A DNA stretch of 64,000 nucleotides from Chloroflexota bacterium (GCA_018648325.1 JABGRK010000010.1:8621-72620); one strand, 5' to 3'; positions 39,527 through 50,097 are shown, numbered from the stretch's first letter. The notes: generated from the sequence alone by a model not told the origin. A program made the numbers and translations.

Positions 39527-40498
39527 TTGAGTAGACGCTGGCTAGTGAGAAGAATAGGCGTTGCCATTGTTGTTCTTTTCGTTGCTCTTCTGATAAACTT
39601 CATCCTTCCCCGTCTGATGCCCGGAGACGCCGCAGATATCTACGCGACCGCTGGAAGGATGACCGAACAAGAAAGGATGGCAATTGTACAACGATTTGGG
39701 CTTGACCAGCCTTTGTGGACTCAATTTACAAAATATATCGTTAATTCTTTTCAAGGTAATTTCGGGTACAGTTTCACCTACTACCCCAGCACCGTAATGT
39801 CGAAAGTAGTTCAAGCGCTGCCCTGGAGTCTATTCCTAATAATAAACGCCATGATATTGCAGGTAATTATTGCGTTTATTCTCGGGGCAACATCAGCATG
39901 GAAAGCTGGTGGTAAATTTGATGCCACGACTCAGGCGCTTTCTCTCGCACTGTGGGCTACTCCAATGTTCTGGCTCGCAATGCTGGCACTTTACTTTTTT
40001 GGAGCGCAGTTGCACTGGTTTCCAATAGGCGGACAAGCAACAGCCGCAGCTAATTATTCATCATTCTTTGAGCGAATAGGTGATTACTATTATCATGCTA
40101 CATTACCTATCGCGGTTCTGGTTATCAATCAATTTGGCGGCTACCAGCTAATAATGAGAAACACCATGGTTACTACAATCAAGGAGCATTATATCACTAC
40201 CGCTGAAGCCAAAGGGGTCAGTGAGAGAGCTGTAAAATACAGGCATGCTGCCAGAAACGCAATGCTACCGATGGTTACCTCCGTGGGTTTAAGATTTTCG
40301 CTTGCCGTTGCAGGTTCAATTTTCACTGAAATGATTTTCAATTATAACGGGATCGGTCGACTAATCTTCCAATCGGTGCAAATGCGCGACTACCCTGTGC
40401 TACAAGGATGCTTTTTTATCCTTTCATGTTCTGTAATAATAGCTAATCTGCTAGTGGATATTCTCTATCATCGGCTAGATCCAAGGATCAGGCACTAG
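39527..40498 (+). CDS. ABC permease DppB/OppB-like
   Basis: FILPRLMPGD, FGLDQPL, YITTAEAKG, RDYPVLQG, LDPRIR. Confidence 0.93.
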   Translation: MSRRWLVRRIGVAIVVLFVALLINFILPRLMPGDAADIYATAGRMTEQERMAIVQRFGLDQPLWTQFTKYIVNSFQGNFGYSFTYYPSTVMSKVVQALPWSLFLIINAMILQVIIAFILGATSAWKAGGKFDATTQALSLALWATPMFWLAMLALYFFGAQLHWFPIGGQATAAANYSSFFERIGDYYYHATLPIAVLVINQFGGYQLIMRNTMVTTIKEHYITTAEAKGVSERAVKYRHAARNAMLPMVTSVGLRFSLAVAGSIFTEMIFNYNGIGRLIFQSVQMRDYPVLQGCFFILSCSVIIANLLVDILYHRLDPRIRH

Positions 40499-40513
40499 TT
40501 TTGGAGGTTTAGA

Positions 40514-41914
40514 TTGCAAGACCAAGAACAACGGTCATCTTGGTGGCAAACAGCATTGAAATCATTGTTTGCTTGGTGGCCGGAATTTAGGAAAAGCAAA
40601 ATAGGCATAACAGGCCTAATCATTGTGGTAATTATGACTACACTGATACTAGGTGCATCGGTGTTTGCTTCGCATGGTCCATTCGAAAAAGATATCTCCA
40701 TAGGATGGGGAGGAGGGAACCGTTACTGGACAAGTACGTGGGACAATCAAGGCGATGTCAGCCTCACCGATGAGGGAGTTGCCTATCGGAGCAACCCTGA
40801 TCCGTCCATAACAGAGTACCATGTCAGATTCCAATCAAATGGTTCCATTAAACGATCATTTGATCTCTCCAATACTTTGGAAGTTGGTCCACACTTCACG
40901 TTTCAAGCTAAAGCCGTTTCCTTCGCGGATGGCGATGAGGCAACATGTCTCGTCAGCGCTGATGGAGTTAATTGGAGGACCGCTGCAATTTGGGAAAATG
41001 GTGACGACGATGGTACATACCATCTTTACGAAATAGACTTGACAACTGACCCAAACTGGAGGTCAAGGAATTATTGGATCGCATTCGAAGCAGATATGTC
41101 TTCATCTGATGCGAATTTCTACATTGATGAAGTAGCTGTAGCACTAAGCGCTCCAGGATATTCTATCGTATCACCAAAAGATAGTTTTGAGCCATATGCC
41201 AAAACGTATGAAGCCCCATCATGGGAGCACATATTAGGGACTAATTCTCAATCAGAGGATGTTTGGAGCAGGCTTCTTTATTCCGGCCAGAATTCACTCA
41301 TGATTGGTTTTGTTGCGGCTCTACTAATCACGTCTATCGGCTCAGGGCTTGGTTTGATGTCTGGATATTTCGGGGGGCTCATTGAAGAACTCGTAATGAG
41401 ACTTGCTGATATTTTGCTAATTCTACCTCGCTTACCACTACTAATTGTCCTGTCTGCGTACTTGACGCCAGGGCCCTGGACGGTAATTATGTTACTGACT
41501 GTCACCGGCTGGGCTGGTATAGCCAGATCCACAAGGGCTCAGACGCTGTCTGTCAAAGAACACTCGTATGTTGAGGCATCCAAATCTGTAGGGGCAAGCC
41601 ATATACGCATAATCGTGCAACATATTCTTCCAAATGTTGCAGGTATTGTAATTGCAGCTTTTGTTATGGAAGTTGTGGTAGCTATACTAGTAGAGTCCGG
41701 GCTAAGCTTTTTGGGGTTGGGCAGCCTTTCACATCCAACTTGGGGAGTCATGCTGCACTTCGCTCAAACTGATGCGGCGTTTACTTGGAACGCATGGTGG
41801 TGGATTATACCTCCCGGGGCATGTATCGCCCTGCTCGGTTTAGCCTTCGCCTATATAGGAAACACTCTAAATGACCGTTTTGTATTGAGACTGGGAAACA
41901 GGAGAAAAGGCTAA
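40514..41914 (+). CDS. ABC permease DppC/OppC-like with large extracellular insertion
   Basis: APSWEHILGT..DVWSRLLY, YVEASKSVGAS, HILPN, WWWIIPPG; about 150 extra aa after TM1. Confidence 0.92.
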   Translation: MQDQEQRSSWWQTALKSLFAWWPEFRKSKIGITGLIIVVIMTTLILGASVFASHGPFEKDISIGWGGGNRYWTSTWDNQGDVSLTDEGVAYRSNPDPSITEYHVRFQSNGSIKRSFDLSNTLEVGPHFTFQAKAVSFADGDEATCLVSADGVNWRTAAIWENGDDDGTYHLYEIDLTTDPNWRSRNYWIAFEADMSSSDANFYIDEVAVALSAPGYSIVSPKDSFEPYAKTYEAPSWEHILGTNSQSEDVWSRLLYSGQNSLMIGFVAALLITSIGSGLGLMSGYFGGLIEELVMRLADILLILPRLPLLIVLSAYLTPGPWTVIMLLTVTGWAGIARSTRAQTLSVKEHSYVEASKSVGASHIRIIVQHILPNVAGIVIAAFVMEVVVAILVESGLSFLGLGSLSHPTWGVMLHFAQTDAAFTWNAWWWIIPPGACIALLGLAFAYIGNTLNDRFVLRLGNRRKG

Positions 41915-42879
41915 TGCCACTTCTAGAAGTAACAGATCTAAGAACTCATTACTATACCGAGGCAGGACCTGTAAAGGCAGCTGACGGAGTCAGTTTCACC
42001 TTGGAGAAAGGTGAATCCATAGGAATAGCGGGCGAATCCGGCTGCGGTAAAACGACGGTTGCCATGTCCTTAATGAGGCTAATAAAGGGCGGAGCAGTGG
42101 TCGGTGGGAAAATAATGCTGGGGGATTTGTCTCTGCTGGACATGGAAATGGACGAGTTTCGCAAAGTAAGATGGGAGAGGATATCACTCATTTCCCAGGC
42201 GGCTATGGGTGCGCTTAATCCGGTATATACAATAGGCAGCCAGATAGTGGAGGCTATAAGAACCCATCAGCAATGCAGCAAGAAAGAGGCATGGGACCGA
42301 GCAAGAGGTTTATTGTCTCAAGTTAAAGTAGATCCAAGCAGAGTCAAAAACTTCCCGCATGAGCTGAGCGGAGGAATGCGGCAACGCGTTATGATAGCAA
42401 TGGCTCTGGCCTGTGATCCGGATATTGTGATAGCCGACGAGCCGACAACTGCTCTGGATGTAGTCACCCAAGTTCAGGTTCTGAGACTACTAATTGATCT
42501 GCAAAAAAGGCTTGATCTTGCGCTTATCTACATATCTCATGAACTGTCCGTTCTCGGTCAGGCCTGCGATAAAATTATTATCATGTATGCCGGTAAAATC
42601 GTAGAGATGGGGCCAACAGCAAAGATATTCTCGGAACCAAAGCATCCATACACACAGAAGCTACTGGGATCGCTGATGGACATTCATGCCGCTGGTGCCT
42701 TTCCAGAGAGTATACCCGGCCAGCCACCCGACCTGATCGATCCACCCAAAGGTTGCAGATTCTGGCCCAGATGCACTACAGGAGAGGCTATTTGTGAAAC
42801 AGAGGAACCAGCCCTTGTAGAGATTGAGCCTGGACGATTTGTGGCTTGCAGACAATTAAATAAAGCAATAAATGAGTAG
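41914..42879 (+). CDS. ABC ATPase DppD/OppD-like
   Basis: [34 protein letters not shown]. Confidence 0.95.
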   Translation: MPLLEVTDLRTHYYTEAGPVKAADGVSFTLEKGESIGIAGESGCGKTTVAMSLMRLIKGGAVVGGKIMLGDLSLLDMEMDEFRKVRWERISLISQAAMGALNPVYTIGSQIVEAIRTHQQCSKKEAWDRARGLLSQVKVDPSRVKNFPHELSGGMRQRVMIAMALACDPDIVIADEPTTALDVVTQVQVLRLLIDLQKRLDLALIYISHELSVLGQACDKIIIMYAGKIVEMGPTAKIFSEPKHPYTQKLLGSLMDIHAAGAFPESIPGQPPDLIDPPKGCRFWPRCTTGEAICETEEPALVEIEPGRFVACRQLNKAINE

Positions 42880-42888
42880 AGGATTAAA

Positions 42889-43935
42889 ATGGGCATAGCT
42901 CCTGCAACTGATGATGGTAGCACTAAAGTTCAAGATCAGCATGCATATTTTAAGGTTAACAACTTAAGAAAGCTGTTTCCCTTAAATAAACGTGGCCAAT
43001 TTTGGGGCAAGCGCCAGTATATACATGCTGTAGACGATGTCTCCTTCGAAATAAAGAAGGGAATGACCTACGGAGTAGTTGGAGAGAGCGGATGCGGTAA
43101 AACAACGCTGGCAAGGACAATGATGCATCTGGAAGAACCCACCAGTGGTGAAATGCTTTTTAAGGGAGATGACATCACCAAATTCAACCGCAAGCAGATG
43201 ACGTCGCTACGTCGCCAAATGCAGATGGTTTTTCAGGATCCATACGGTTCTCTGAACCCGGTTAGAACCATACACAATATTGTCGCCGAGCCGGTCAGGG
43301 TACACAGTATATTCGATAATAAGCGAGATGAAATAGATAAGGTACGAGAAATGCTGGAGGTGGTAGGGTTACCGTCTGATAATCAGACCCTGGAGAAAAG
43401 ACCCAACGAGTTCAGCGGGGGCGAGAGGCAAAGGATTGGCATAGCCAGGTCTCTAATATTGGAGCCAGAGTTCATAGTAGCCGATGAGCCAGTGAGCATG
43501 CTGGATGCCAGCGTCAGGGCCGACATAATCTCGCTTATGAGGAGACTTAAGCAAGAAAGAGATCTTACCTACTTCTTCATAACTCACGAGTTCGGTATGG
43601 CACGCGCCATATGCGATCGCATAGCCGTAATGTACGCGGGTAGACTCGTGGAGGTAGCCAATGCGGCCGCAATAGTTGATCACCCGTTGCATCCTTACAC
43701 ACAATTGCTGATAGACGCAATACCACCCCTAATTCCCGATGAAAACTGGGGCAAAACCATACCCGAGGGTGAGGTACCATATTTCACCGTGCCACCTCCG
43801 GGATGTAGATTTAACCCCAGGTGCTATAAGGCTGATGAACTTTGCAGAAGTGAGATGCCCGAGTTGATTGATTATCGCAACGGCCACTATGTGTCCTGTC
43901 ACCACGTGTCAGGACCCGGCCAAATAAAGAAATAA
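42889..43935 (+). CDS. ABC ATPase DppF/OppF-like
   Basis: [39 protein letters not shown]. Confidence 0.95.
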   Translation: MGIAPATDDGSTKVQDQHAYFKVNNLRKLFPLNKRGQFWGKRQYIHAVDDVSFEIKKGMTYGVVGESGCGKTTLARTMMHLEEPTSGEMLFKGDDITKFNRKQMTSLRRQMQMVFQDPYGSLNPVRTIHNIVAEPVRVHSIFDNKRDEIDKVREMLEVVGLPSDNQTLEKRPNEFSGGERQRIGIARSLILEPEFIVADEPVSMLDASVRADIISLMRRLKQERDLTYFFITHEFGMARAICDRIAVMYAGRLVEVANAAAIVDHPLHPYTQLLIDAIPPLIPDENWGKTIPEGEVPYFTVPPPGCRFNPRCYKADELCRSEMPELIDYRNGHYVSCHHVSGPGQIKK

Positions 43936-43989
43936 ACAACTCTAAAAGGCTAAACGCCACACTTTTAAACATTTTTTAGGAGAAGAGAT

Positions 43990-45171
43990 ATGGGATATGA
44001 TGATATACTCGCTCAGGTCGCGGACCTGAAGCTATTTACCCCTGGACCAACATATGTAAGTCGTGAACTGATGGCAGTAGCGGCTAAAATGCCCAACTTT
44101 TCACATCGCGACGAAGAGATAATCGTACGATTTAAACCAATTTACGCCAATTTGAGAAAAATGGCAGAGGTAGATGACAGCTACAACGTAATTCTAATGC
44201 CGGGCAGCGGCAGTACGGCGATGGAGTCTTCTATCGTATCGCTTGTAGGAGACGATGAAAAGGTGCTTTCAATTTCAATGGGCTCCTTCGGCGATATGTA
44301 CCATGATATGACTATAGTAAACCGCAAGAACTCAGAAAAGCTGTCTTTTGCACCGGGGCAGGGAATCGACCTGAATGCACTGGAAGACAAAATCAAGGAG
44401 ATGGAAAGCAACGGCGAAAAGCCATCTGTCGTAACCTTTACTCATAACGAGACTTCCACGGGTGTACAAGTTGATGTGGTTGCGATATGTAATGTTATTA
44501 AGAAATACGGCGCAATAGCTTTAGTAGATGCGGTCAGCGCATTCGGCGCAACCAACACTGGCATTCAGGATAATGTTGCCATGTACAGCACAGCCACGCA
44601 GAAATCCATGGCGCTGGATGCAGGTTTTGGCTTGGCTTTCGTAAGCGAAGAAGCCCTTGAGAGGGCAAAATATCTTAAAGAAAACAAGAAATGCTATCCG
44701 CCATCAACATTGGACTTAACTAAACATGCCGCAACTGCAAAAGGATTCATGACGGGGACTACACCCAACTGTACGCTGATAAATGCGCTCTTTCTACAAA
44801 CTGATGCCATCGTAAACACCGAGGGCGTTCAGGCCAGATATGACAGGCACAGAGCGATGAAAGAAATGACTCACGATTGGATAGACACTCTGAACAATGG
44901 TTGCAAGCTATTCCCCAGTAAAGATGTCGCCTCCAGTTCAGTGACCGGTCTGCAAATGCCTCCAGGAACGAAAATGCAGGATTTCGGTCCGCTAAAGACG
45001 AAATTGCGAGCAGACAAATTCGTAATGAGCACCGGCCTGCCCCCCATGAACAAGGCACTGGAAGCCAAAGGCGAGGGTGTGATCATGAGAATCCCGCATA
45101 TGGGCGACATGACCAAAGAGATGCTACAGGATTATCTGGATGCCCTTAAAAAATACCTATTGGAAATGTAA
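43990..45171 (+). CDS. Class V PLP aminotransferase (serine-pyruvate/alanine-glyoxylate-like)
   Basis: LFTPGPT, GSGSTAME, HNETSTG, DAVSAFG, ATQKS (PLP Lys), RIPHMG. Confidence 0.9.
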   Translation: MGYDDILAQVADLKLFTPGPTYVSRELMAVAAKMPNFSHRDEEIIVRFKPIYANLRKMAEVDDSYNVILMPGSGSTAMESSIVSLVGDDEKVLSISMGSFGDMYHDMTIVNRKNSEKLSFAPGQGIDLNALEDKIKEMESNGEKPSVVTFTHNETSTGVQVDVVAICNVIKKYGAIALVDAVSAFGATNTGIQDNVAMYSTATQKSMALDAGFGLAFVSEEALERAKYLKENKKCYPPSTLDLTKHAATAKGFMTGTTPNCTLINALFLQTDAIVNTEGVQARYDRHRAMKEMTHDWIDTLNNGCKLFPSKDVASSSVTGLQMPPGTKMQDFGPLKTKLRADKFVMSTGLPPMNKALEAKGEGVIMRIPHMGDMTKEMLQDYLDALKKYLLEM

Positions 45172-45240
45172 GAGTTAAACACCGATATATGCTACCTAAA
45201 TGCGACACAATTAATAACAATTTGAAAGATTAAACCTCTA

Positions 45241-45270
45241 AAAAGGGTAGTCGGTTTCGGCTACCTTTTT
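45241..45270 (+). terminator. Terminator-like hairpin
   Basis: AAAAGGGTAGTCG-GTTT-CGGCTACCTTTTT. Confidence 0.7.
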
Positions 45271-45335
45271 GATTGATGAGCAAGATAACAACTATTGAGG
45301 TCTCTAACTTAACCATCACCACGTAGGAGGATAAA

Positions 45336-47138
45336 ATGTTACAGGGCATTACAGGAAAAATGCTTTTTGTGAACCTGTCTGACGGTTCCATTGCAGAAGA
45401 AGAAACCGACCAGCAACTGTACAGGGATTATCTCGGAGGATACGGACTGGGCGCAAAAATAATCTTTGAACGCCAAAAGGCCGGAGTTGATGCATTGGGT
45501 CCTGATAACACGCTTGGATTTCTGACCGGCCCTCTTACCGGCACACCTGTTCCCGGCGGCAACAGATATGTTGTGGTTGGCAAATCACCGCTTACCGGAG
45601 GCTGGGGTGATGCCAATTCCGGCGGTGATTTCGGTCCGTACCTCAAGTTTGCCGGATATGATGCAGTTTTCTTCACCGGAGCATCTGACAAGCCTGTATA
45701 TCTGGCTATCAGAGACGGTAAAGCCGAGCTTAAAGATGCCGGACACCTGTGGGGCAAAGATTCTTATGATACCGAAGATGTGATCCAGGCCGAACTTGGA
45801 AAAGATATGAGGATTGCCTGCATTGGTCCCGCGGGAGAGGCGCAGGCACTGATATCCTGCATTATCAACAATAAAGGACGAGCCGCCGGCAGATCAGGCC
45901 TAGGAGCGGTTATGGGTTCCAAAAAACTTAAGGCAATAGCTGTTTACGGCAAAGCTGATGTTACAGTAGCCGACAAAGATACAATCGATACTTTACGCAA
46001 AGATGATCTGGTCAAACTAAAGAGTCACAAACTTGCTGATCGTTTAAGGGACTTTGGCACATTCGCAGGAACGATGGGCCAACTGGCAGTCCGAGGCGTG
46101 CCCACAAAGAACTGGGGAGGAGTCGGACCGAGAGATTTTCCCAAAACCGAAGCAGCAAATGAAGAGCTGGTACCATATCAGGAAAAAAGATACGGCTGCT
46201 GGCGCTGCCCCGTTGCATGTGGCGGACATATGAAAGCCGGTGTATCTTATAAGTATGACGCGGGCTCGCACAAACCGGAATACGAAACCGCCGTTGCCTT
46301 TGGTACCATGTGTCTCAATGACAGCCTGGAATCCGTAATAATGGCAAACGATATCTGTAACAGACAGGGGCTGGATACGATATCGGCCGGTGGAACAATT
46401 GCCTTTGCCATAGAGTGTTATGAGAATGGGCTGATAACTAAGGAAGATACCGGAGGCATAGAGCTAAAGTGGGGCGATCACAAGGCAATCATCGCCATGC
46501 TGGAAAAGATGGGCAAAGGGGAAGATATCGGCGCAACACTAGCTAATGGCTCCAAGGCGGCAGCCGAGGTAATCGGTAAAGGCTCGGAGCAATACGCCAT
46601 ACATATCGGCGGACAGGAAATGCCATATCACGACCCTAAAACAAATCCGGCCTACGCCTGCACATACAAAATAGATCCCACTCCCGCCAGACATACCCAG
46701 GGCGGAGTCGCCAGCGGTGATGGATCCGAGCAGAAGGAAAAGAACACATTCTGCCAGGCATATAACTCGGCGGGACTGTGCTTCTGGTTCAACGTACTTT
46801 TAGGTATGGACACTGTCTCCCAATATATGGCCGCTGTTACGGGTCATCCGTACGATACGGGCGCCATGCTGGAAGTTGGTGAAAGGGTATCCAATATTCG
46901 CCAAGCGTTTAACATCAGAGAGGGAATAAACCCGGTTGATCGCAAGGTTAACGGCAGAATAAGCGGTACACCACCGCAAACTGAAGGGCCTGCTGCGGGC
47001 GTAACAGTCAATGTAGATGAAAGAGTAGAGGCGTACTACAAGCAAATGGACTGGGATTTAAAAACAGGCAAACCAAGCAGAAAAAAACTGGAGCAGTTGG
47101 GCATGAAAGATGTAGCCGACGCTCTATATCCTGTATAA
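45336..47138 (+). CDS. aor: Aldehyde:ferredoxin oxidoreductase (tungsten AOR family)
   Basis: YLGGYGLG, KSPLTGG, GRAAGRSGLGAVMGSKKLKAI, CWRCPVAC, PEYET, GLDTIS. Confidence 0.93.
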   Translation: MLQGITGKMLFVNLSDGSIAEEETDQQLYRDYLGGYGLGAKIIFERQKAGVDALGPDNTLGFLTGPLTGTPVPGGNRYVVVGKSPLTGGWGDANSGGDFGPYLKFAGYDAVFFTGASDKPVYLAIRDGKAELKDAGHLWGKDSYDTEDVIQAELGKDMRIACIGPAGEAQALISCIINNKGRAAGRSGLGAVMGSKKLKAIAVYGKADVTVADKDTIDTLRKDDLVKLKSHKLADRLRDFGTFAGTMGQLAVRGVPTKNWGGVGPRDFPKTEAANEELVPYQEKRYGCWRCPVACGGHMKAGVSYKYDAGSHKPEYETAVAFGTMCLNDSLESVIMANDICNRQGLDTISAGGTIAFAIECYENGLITKEDTGGIELKWGDHKAIIAMLEKMGKGEDIGATLANGSKAAAEVIGKGSEQYAIHIGGQEMPYHDPKTNPAYACTYKIDPTPARHTQGGVASGDGSEQKEKNTFCQAYNSAGLCFWFNVLLGMDTVSQYMAAVTGHPYDTGAMLEVGERVSNIRQAFNIREGINPVDRKVNGRISGTPPQTEGPAAGVTVNVDERVEAYYKQMDWDLKTGKPSRKKLEQLGMKDVADALYPV

Positions 47139-47166
47139 TGATTAAGTGTAATTTAGGAGGAAACAT

Positions 47167-48795
47167 ATGACCGAAATGACCGGTAAAAAAGCGATAATGG
47201 AAATCCTTAAACAAGAAGGGGTTAAGTATATCTTCGGGCTGCCCGGAACAACCGAAGTTCGTTTTCTAGACGAGCTTGCCAACCATCCTGATTTAAAATT
47301 TGTCCTTTCAATGCATGAGGACATGGTTGTAGCTATGGCAGAAGGGTACACCAGAGCATCCGGCGAGGTGTCAATATCCAATCTGCACACCACTCCCGGG
47401 CTTGCCGCTGCCATGCCGGCAATGCTCAATGCAAAAAATGGCGGCGTTCCCATGATAATCACCGCCGGAAACCAGGACGCAAAGCGTCTTCTTAGCGAAC
47501 CGCCTCTGTGGGGTGATCTGGTAGGTATGGCTGCTCCCTACGTTAAATGGGGATTTCAGGTAAACTATGCGCACGATATTCCCATGGCCATTAGACGTGC
47601 CTATAAAGTAGCGCTCACGCCACCAGTCGGACCCGTATTTCTGGCCCTGCCGCAAGATGTAATGGATGATACGGCAGATATCACCTATGCGCCGGCCTTG
47701 TCTAAACCTCTTGCCATCAGGCCCGATGCAGAGGTTGTTGCTGAGGCCGCCAAGTTGCTGGTTGCAGCCAAGAATCCGGTAATGACGGTAAGTTACGGCA
47801 TTGAAAGATGCGACGCCATGGCCGAGGTGGTCAAGCTGGCCGAACTGATCGGTATACCTGTCTTCCATGGCTGGATGACCGATGTCAACTTCCCCACCGG
47901 ACACCCACAGCAGTTGGGAGATTCCAAAAATGTTAAGCCGTTTATCGGAACACCCGATCTGGTCCTGAGTGTCGGTGGAGCCGCCGGAATCCCTGTACCT
48001 CCGGGAGCCAAAACCGTCCATGTTAGTGATGATCCCTGGGAAATAGGCAAGAACGACCCGGTAGACGCAGGCATATGGGGCAGCATTGATCTGGCCGTAA
48101 GCGACCTCACTGCCGCAATAGAGCAGCTAATGACCGACGACGCTCATAAAAATGTAGCCGCAAGACTTGAGATGGTTAAAGAGAAAAAGGCCGGTCTTAA
48201 AGCTAGTATTGCAAAGAGAATGCAGGATGAAAACGATAACACTCCCATCGCATTTTCCAAGCTTGTTAAAGAAATAGATGCCTGCCGACCTGCAAAATCA
48301 ACCATCTTTGATGATTGCTGGTCCTACTCACGCGATCTGGCCGATCTGATGGACTACAACGAGCCCAGAAGCTACGCCAGAACACGCGGCGGAGCCATCG
48401 GATGCGGTATCGCCAACGCAGTCGGTATGGCACTTGGCAATCCCGATAGCAGAGTAATCTGTGTTATCGGTGACGGCAGCACAATGTGGGGTAACCAGGC
48501 ATTATATACGGCAGCAATCTTTGACCTGCCGATTACATTTGTTGTCTGCGCCAATGCCACATATCGCATCCTCAACAGGACAAAAACCATTTTCTTGGGC
48601 CCACAGGCTAAAGATAAGAAACTACCCGGATTTGAGTTTGAAGATCCGCGAATCGACTTTGCCAAAATGGGCGAGTCCATGGGTATTGCGTCACAGACGG
48701 TCAAAAACCCGGCAGACCTCAACGCCGCACTGAAAAAAGCCATTGACTCAAACAAACCGGCGCTGGTCGAAGTATATGTTGACCCAACGGCATAA
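47167..48795 (+). CDS. ThDP-dependent decarboxylase, benzoylformate-decarboxylase-like
   Basis: FGLPGTTE, MHED (catalytic Glu), NLHTTPG, GPVFLALPQD, GDGS...ANATY ThDP motif. Confidence 0.85.
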   Translation: MTEMTGKKAIMEILKQEGVKYIFGLPGTTEVRFLDELANHPDLKFVLSMHEDMVVAMAEGYTRASGEVSISNLHTTPGLAAAMPAMLNAKNGGVPMIITAGNQDAKRLLSEPPLWGDLVGMAAPYVKWGFQVNYAHDIPMAIRRAYKVALTPPVGPVFLALPQDVMDDTADITYAPALSKPLAIRPDAEVVAEAAKLLVAAKNPVMTVSYGIERCDAMAEVVKLAELIGIPVFHGWMTDVNFPTGHPQQLGDSKNVKPFIGTPDLVLSVGGAAGIPVPPGAKTVHVSDDPWEIGKNDPVDAGIWGSIDLAVSDLTAAIEQLMTDDAHKNVAARLEMVKEKKAGLKASIAKRMQDENDNTPIAFSKLVKEIDACRPAKSTIFDDCWSYSRDLADLMDYNEPRSYARTRGGAIGCGIANAVGMALGNPDSRVICVIGDGSTMWGNQALYTAAIFDLPITFVVCANATYRILNRTKTIFLGPQAKDKKLPGFEFEDPRIDFAKMGESMGIASQTVKNPADLNAALKKAIDSNKPALVEVYVDPTA

Positions 48796-48819
48796 CCCGA
48801 CATTCCAAAACTAAATTTT

Positions 48820-48858
48820 AAGGACAAAGGCAGCTTTTTATAGCTGTCTTGTCTTTTT
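48820..48858 (+). terminator. Terminator-like hairpin
   Basis: AGGACAAAGGCAGCT...AGCTGTCTTGTCTTTTT. Confidence 0.6.
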
Positions 48859-48908
48859 ATCTGTGATATAATTCGGCTTGTTTTAAAGAACTGCACGAAG
48901 GAGCACTA

Positions 48909-49946
48909 ATGAAGATACTCGATATGCGCAGCGATACAACTACACATCCTACCCCGCAAATGCGCCGAGCAATATTTGAAGCCGAGGTGGGCGACGATGG
49001 TCACAGCGAGGACCCAACCGTCAATCGCCTGCAGCAGATGGCCGCCGATATGCTGGGCAAGGAGGCAGGGCTGCTGACCCCCAGCGGCTCCATGGGCAAC
49101 CTGCTGGGGGTAATGAGTAACTCGTCTCCCGGCGACGAAGTACTGCTGGGCAGCGAAGCACACATCCTCTGGTTCGAGATGGGAGGCGCAACAACCGTGG
49201 CAGGAACGCTGCTGCGCGCCCTTCCCAACGACGAGCAGGGCAACATAGCGGTCGCCGACCTTGAGGCGGCTCTCAGGCAAAATCACACGCATTCCAGAAA
49301 CATCAGTATGCTGTGTCTGGAAAACACGCATAACAGGTGCGGTGGCGCAGCCATATCCGCAGAAAACACATCAGCCCTTGCAGACGTAGCCCACAAAAAC
49401 AACCTCAAGGTTCATATTGATGGCGCCCGCCTGTTCAACGCGGCTGTTGTTCAGGGTGTTCCCGCCAATGAGCTCACCAAATCAGTGGACACCGTAAGCA
49501 TCTGTTTGTCCAAGGGGCTTGGTGCGCCGGTAGGTTCGGTGTTGTGTGGTTCCAAAGAAACCATCGAAAAGGCTCGCAGATGGCGCAAAATGATAGGCGG
49601 AGGAATGCGTCAGGCAGGCGTAATTGCCGCTGCCGGTATTGTGGCACTTGAAACCATGATTGAGCGCCTCGCAGACGATCATAAAAACGCCAAACGTCTG
49701 GCTCAAGGACTATCGCAAATAAAAGGCGTAACTATTGATTTAAACAAGGTTAAAACCAACATGCTCAGATTTGCAGTAGCAGACAGCGCTCTGGCCGGTT
49801 TACTAAACAAGCAACTGCTGGAAAAGGGCATAAAGTTTGGCCCCGGAGGCAACAGTTTCCGGGTTGTTACTCACTGGATGATAGATGACGCCGATGTAGA
49901 CTACATTCTTGAACACACAGCCAGCATTATGAAAGAGCTTAGCTGA
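48909..49946 (+). CDS. ltaE: Low-specificity L-threonine aldolase
   Basis: DMRSDTTT, VGDD..EDPT, LENTHNRCGG, HIDGARLFNA, CLSKGLGAPVGS, GGGMRQAG. Confidence 0.95.
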   Translation: MKILDMRSDTTTHPTPQMRRAIFEAEVGDDGHSEDPTVNRLQQMAADMLGKEAGLLTPSGSMGNLLGVMSNSSPGDEVLLGSEAHILWFEMGGATTVAGTLLRALPNDEQGNIAVADLEAALRQNHTHSRNISMLCLENTHNRCGGAAISAENTSALADVAHKNNLKVHIDGARLFNAAVVQGVPANELTKSVDTVSICLSKGLGAPVGSVLCGSKETIEKARRWRKMIGGGMRQAGVIAAAGIVALETMIERLADDHKNAKRLAQGLSQIKGVTIDLNKVKTNMLRFAVADSALAGLLNKQLLEKGIKFGPGGNSFRVVTHWMIDDADVDYILEHTASIMKELS

Positions 49947-50042
49947 AGTTTTACTGATAACGCTATAAAGATCACGTTTGGATATGGAGAAAAACCTGTA
50001 CCTATATTCAAAACCTTCGTGAACAAACCCTCAAATACAGGA

Positions 50043-50072
50043 AAGGCCCGGGTCAGTAATAACTCGGGCCTT
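50043..50072. terminator. Hairpin between convergent genes
   Basis: AAGGCCCGGGT...ACTCGGGCCTT. Confidence 0.65.
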
Positions 50073-50097
50073 ATTGTTTTTCTATTAAAACCAAGCG

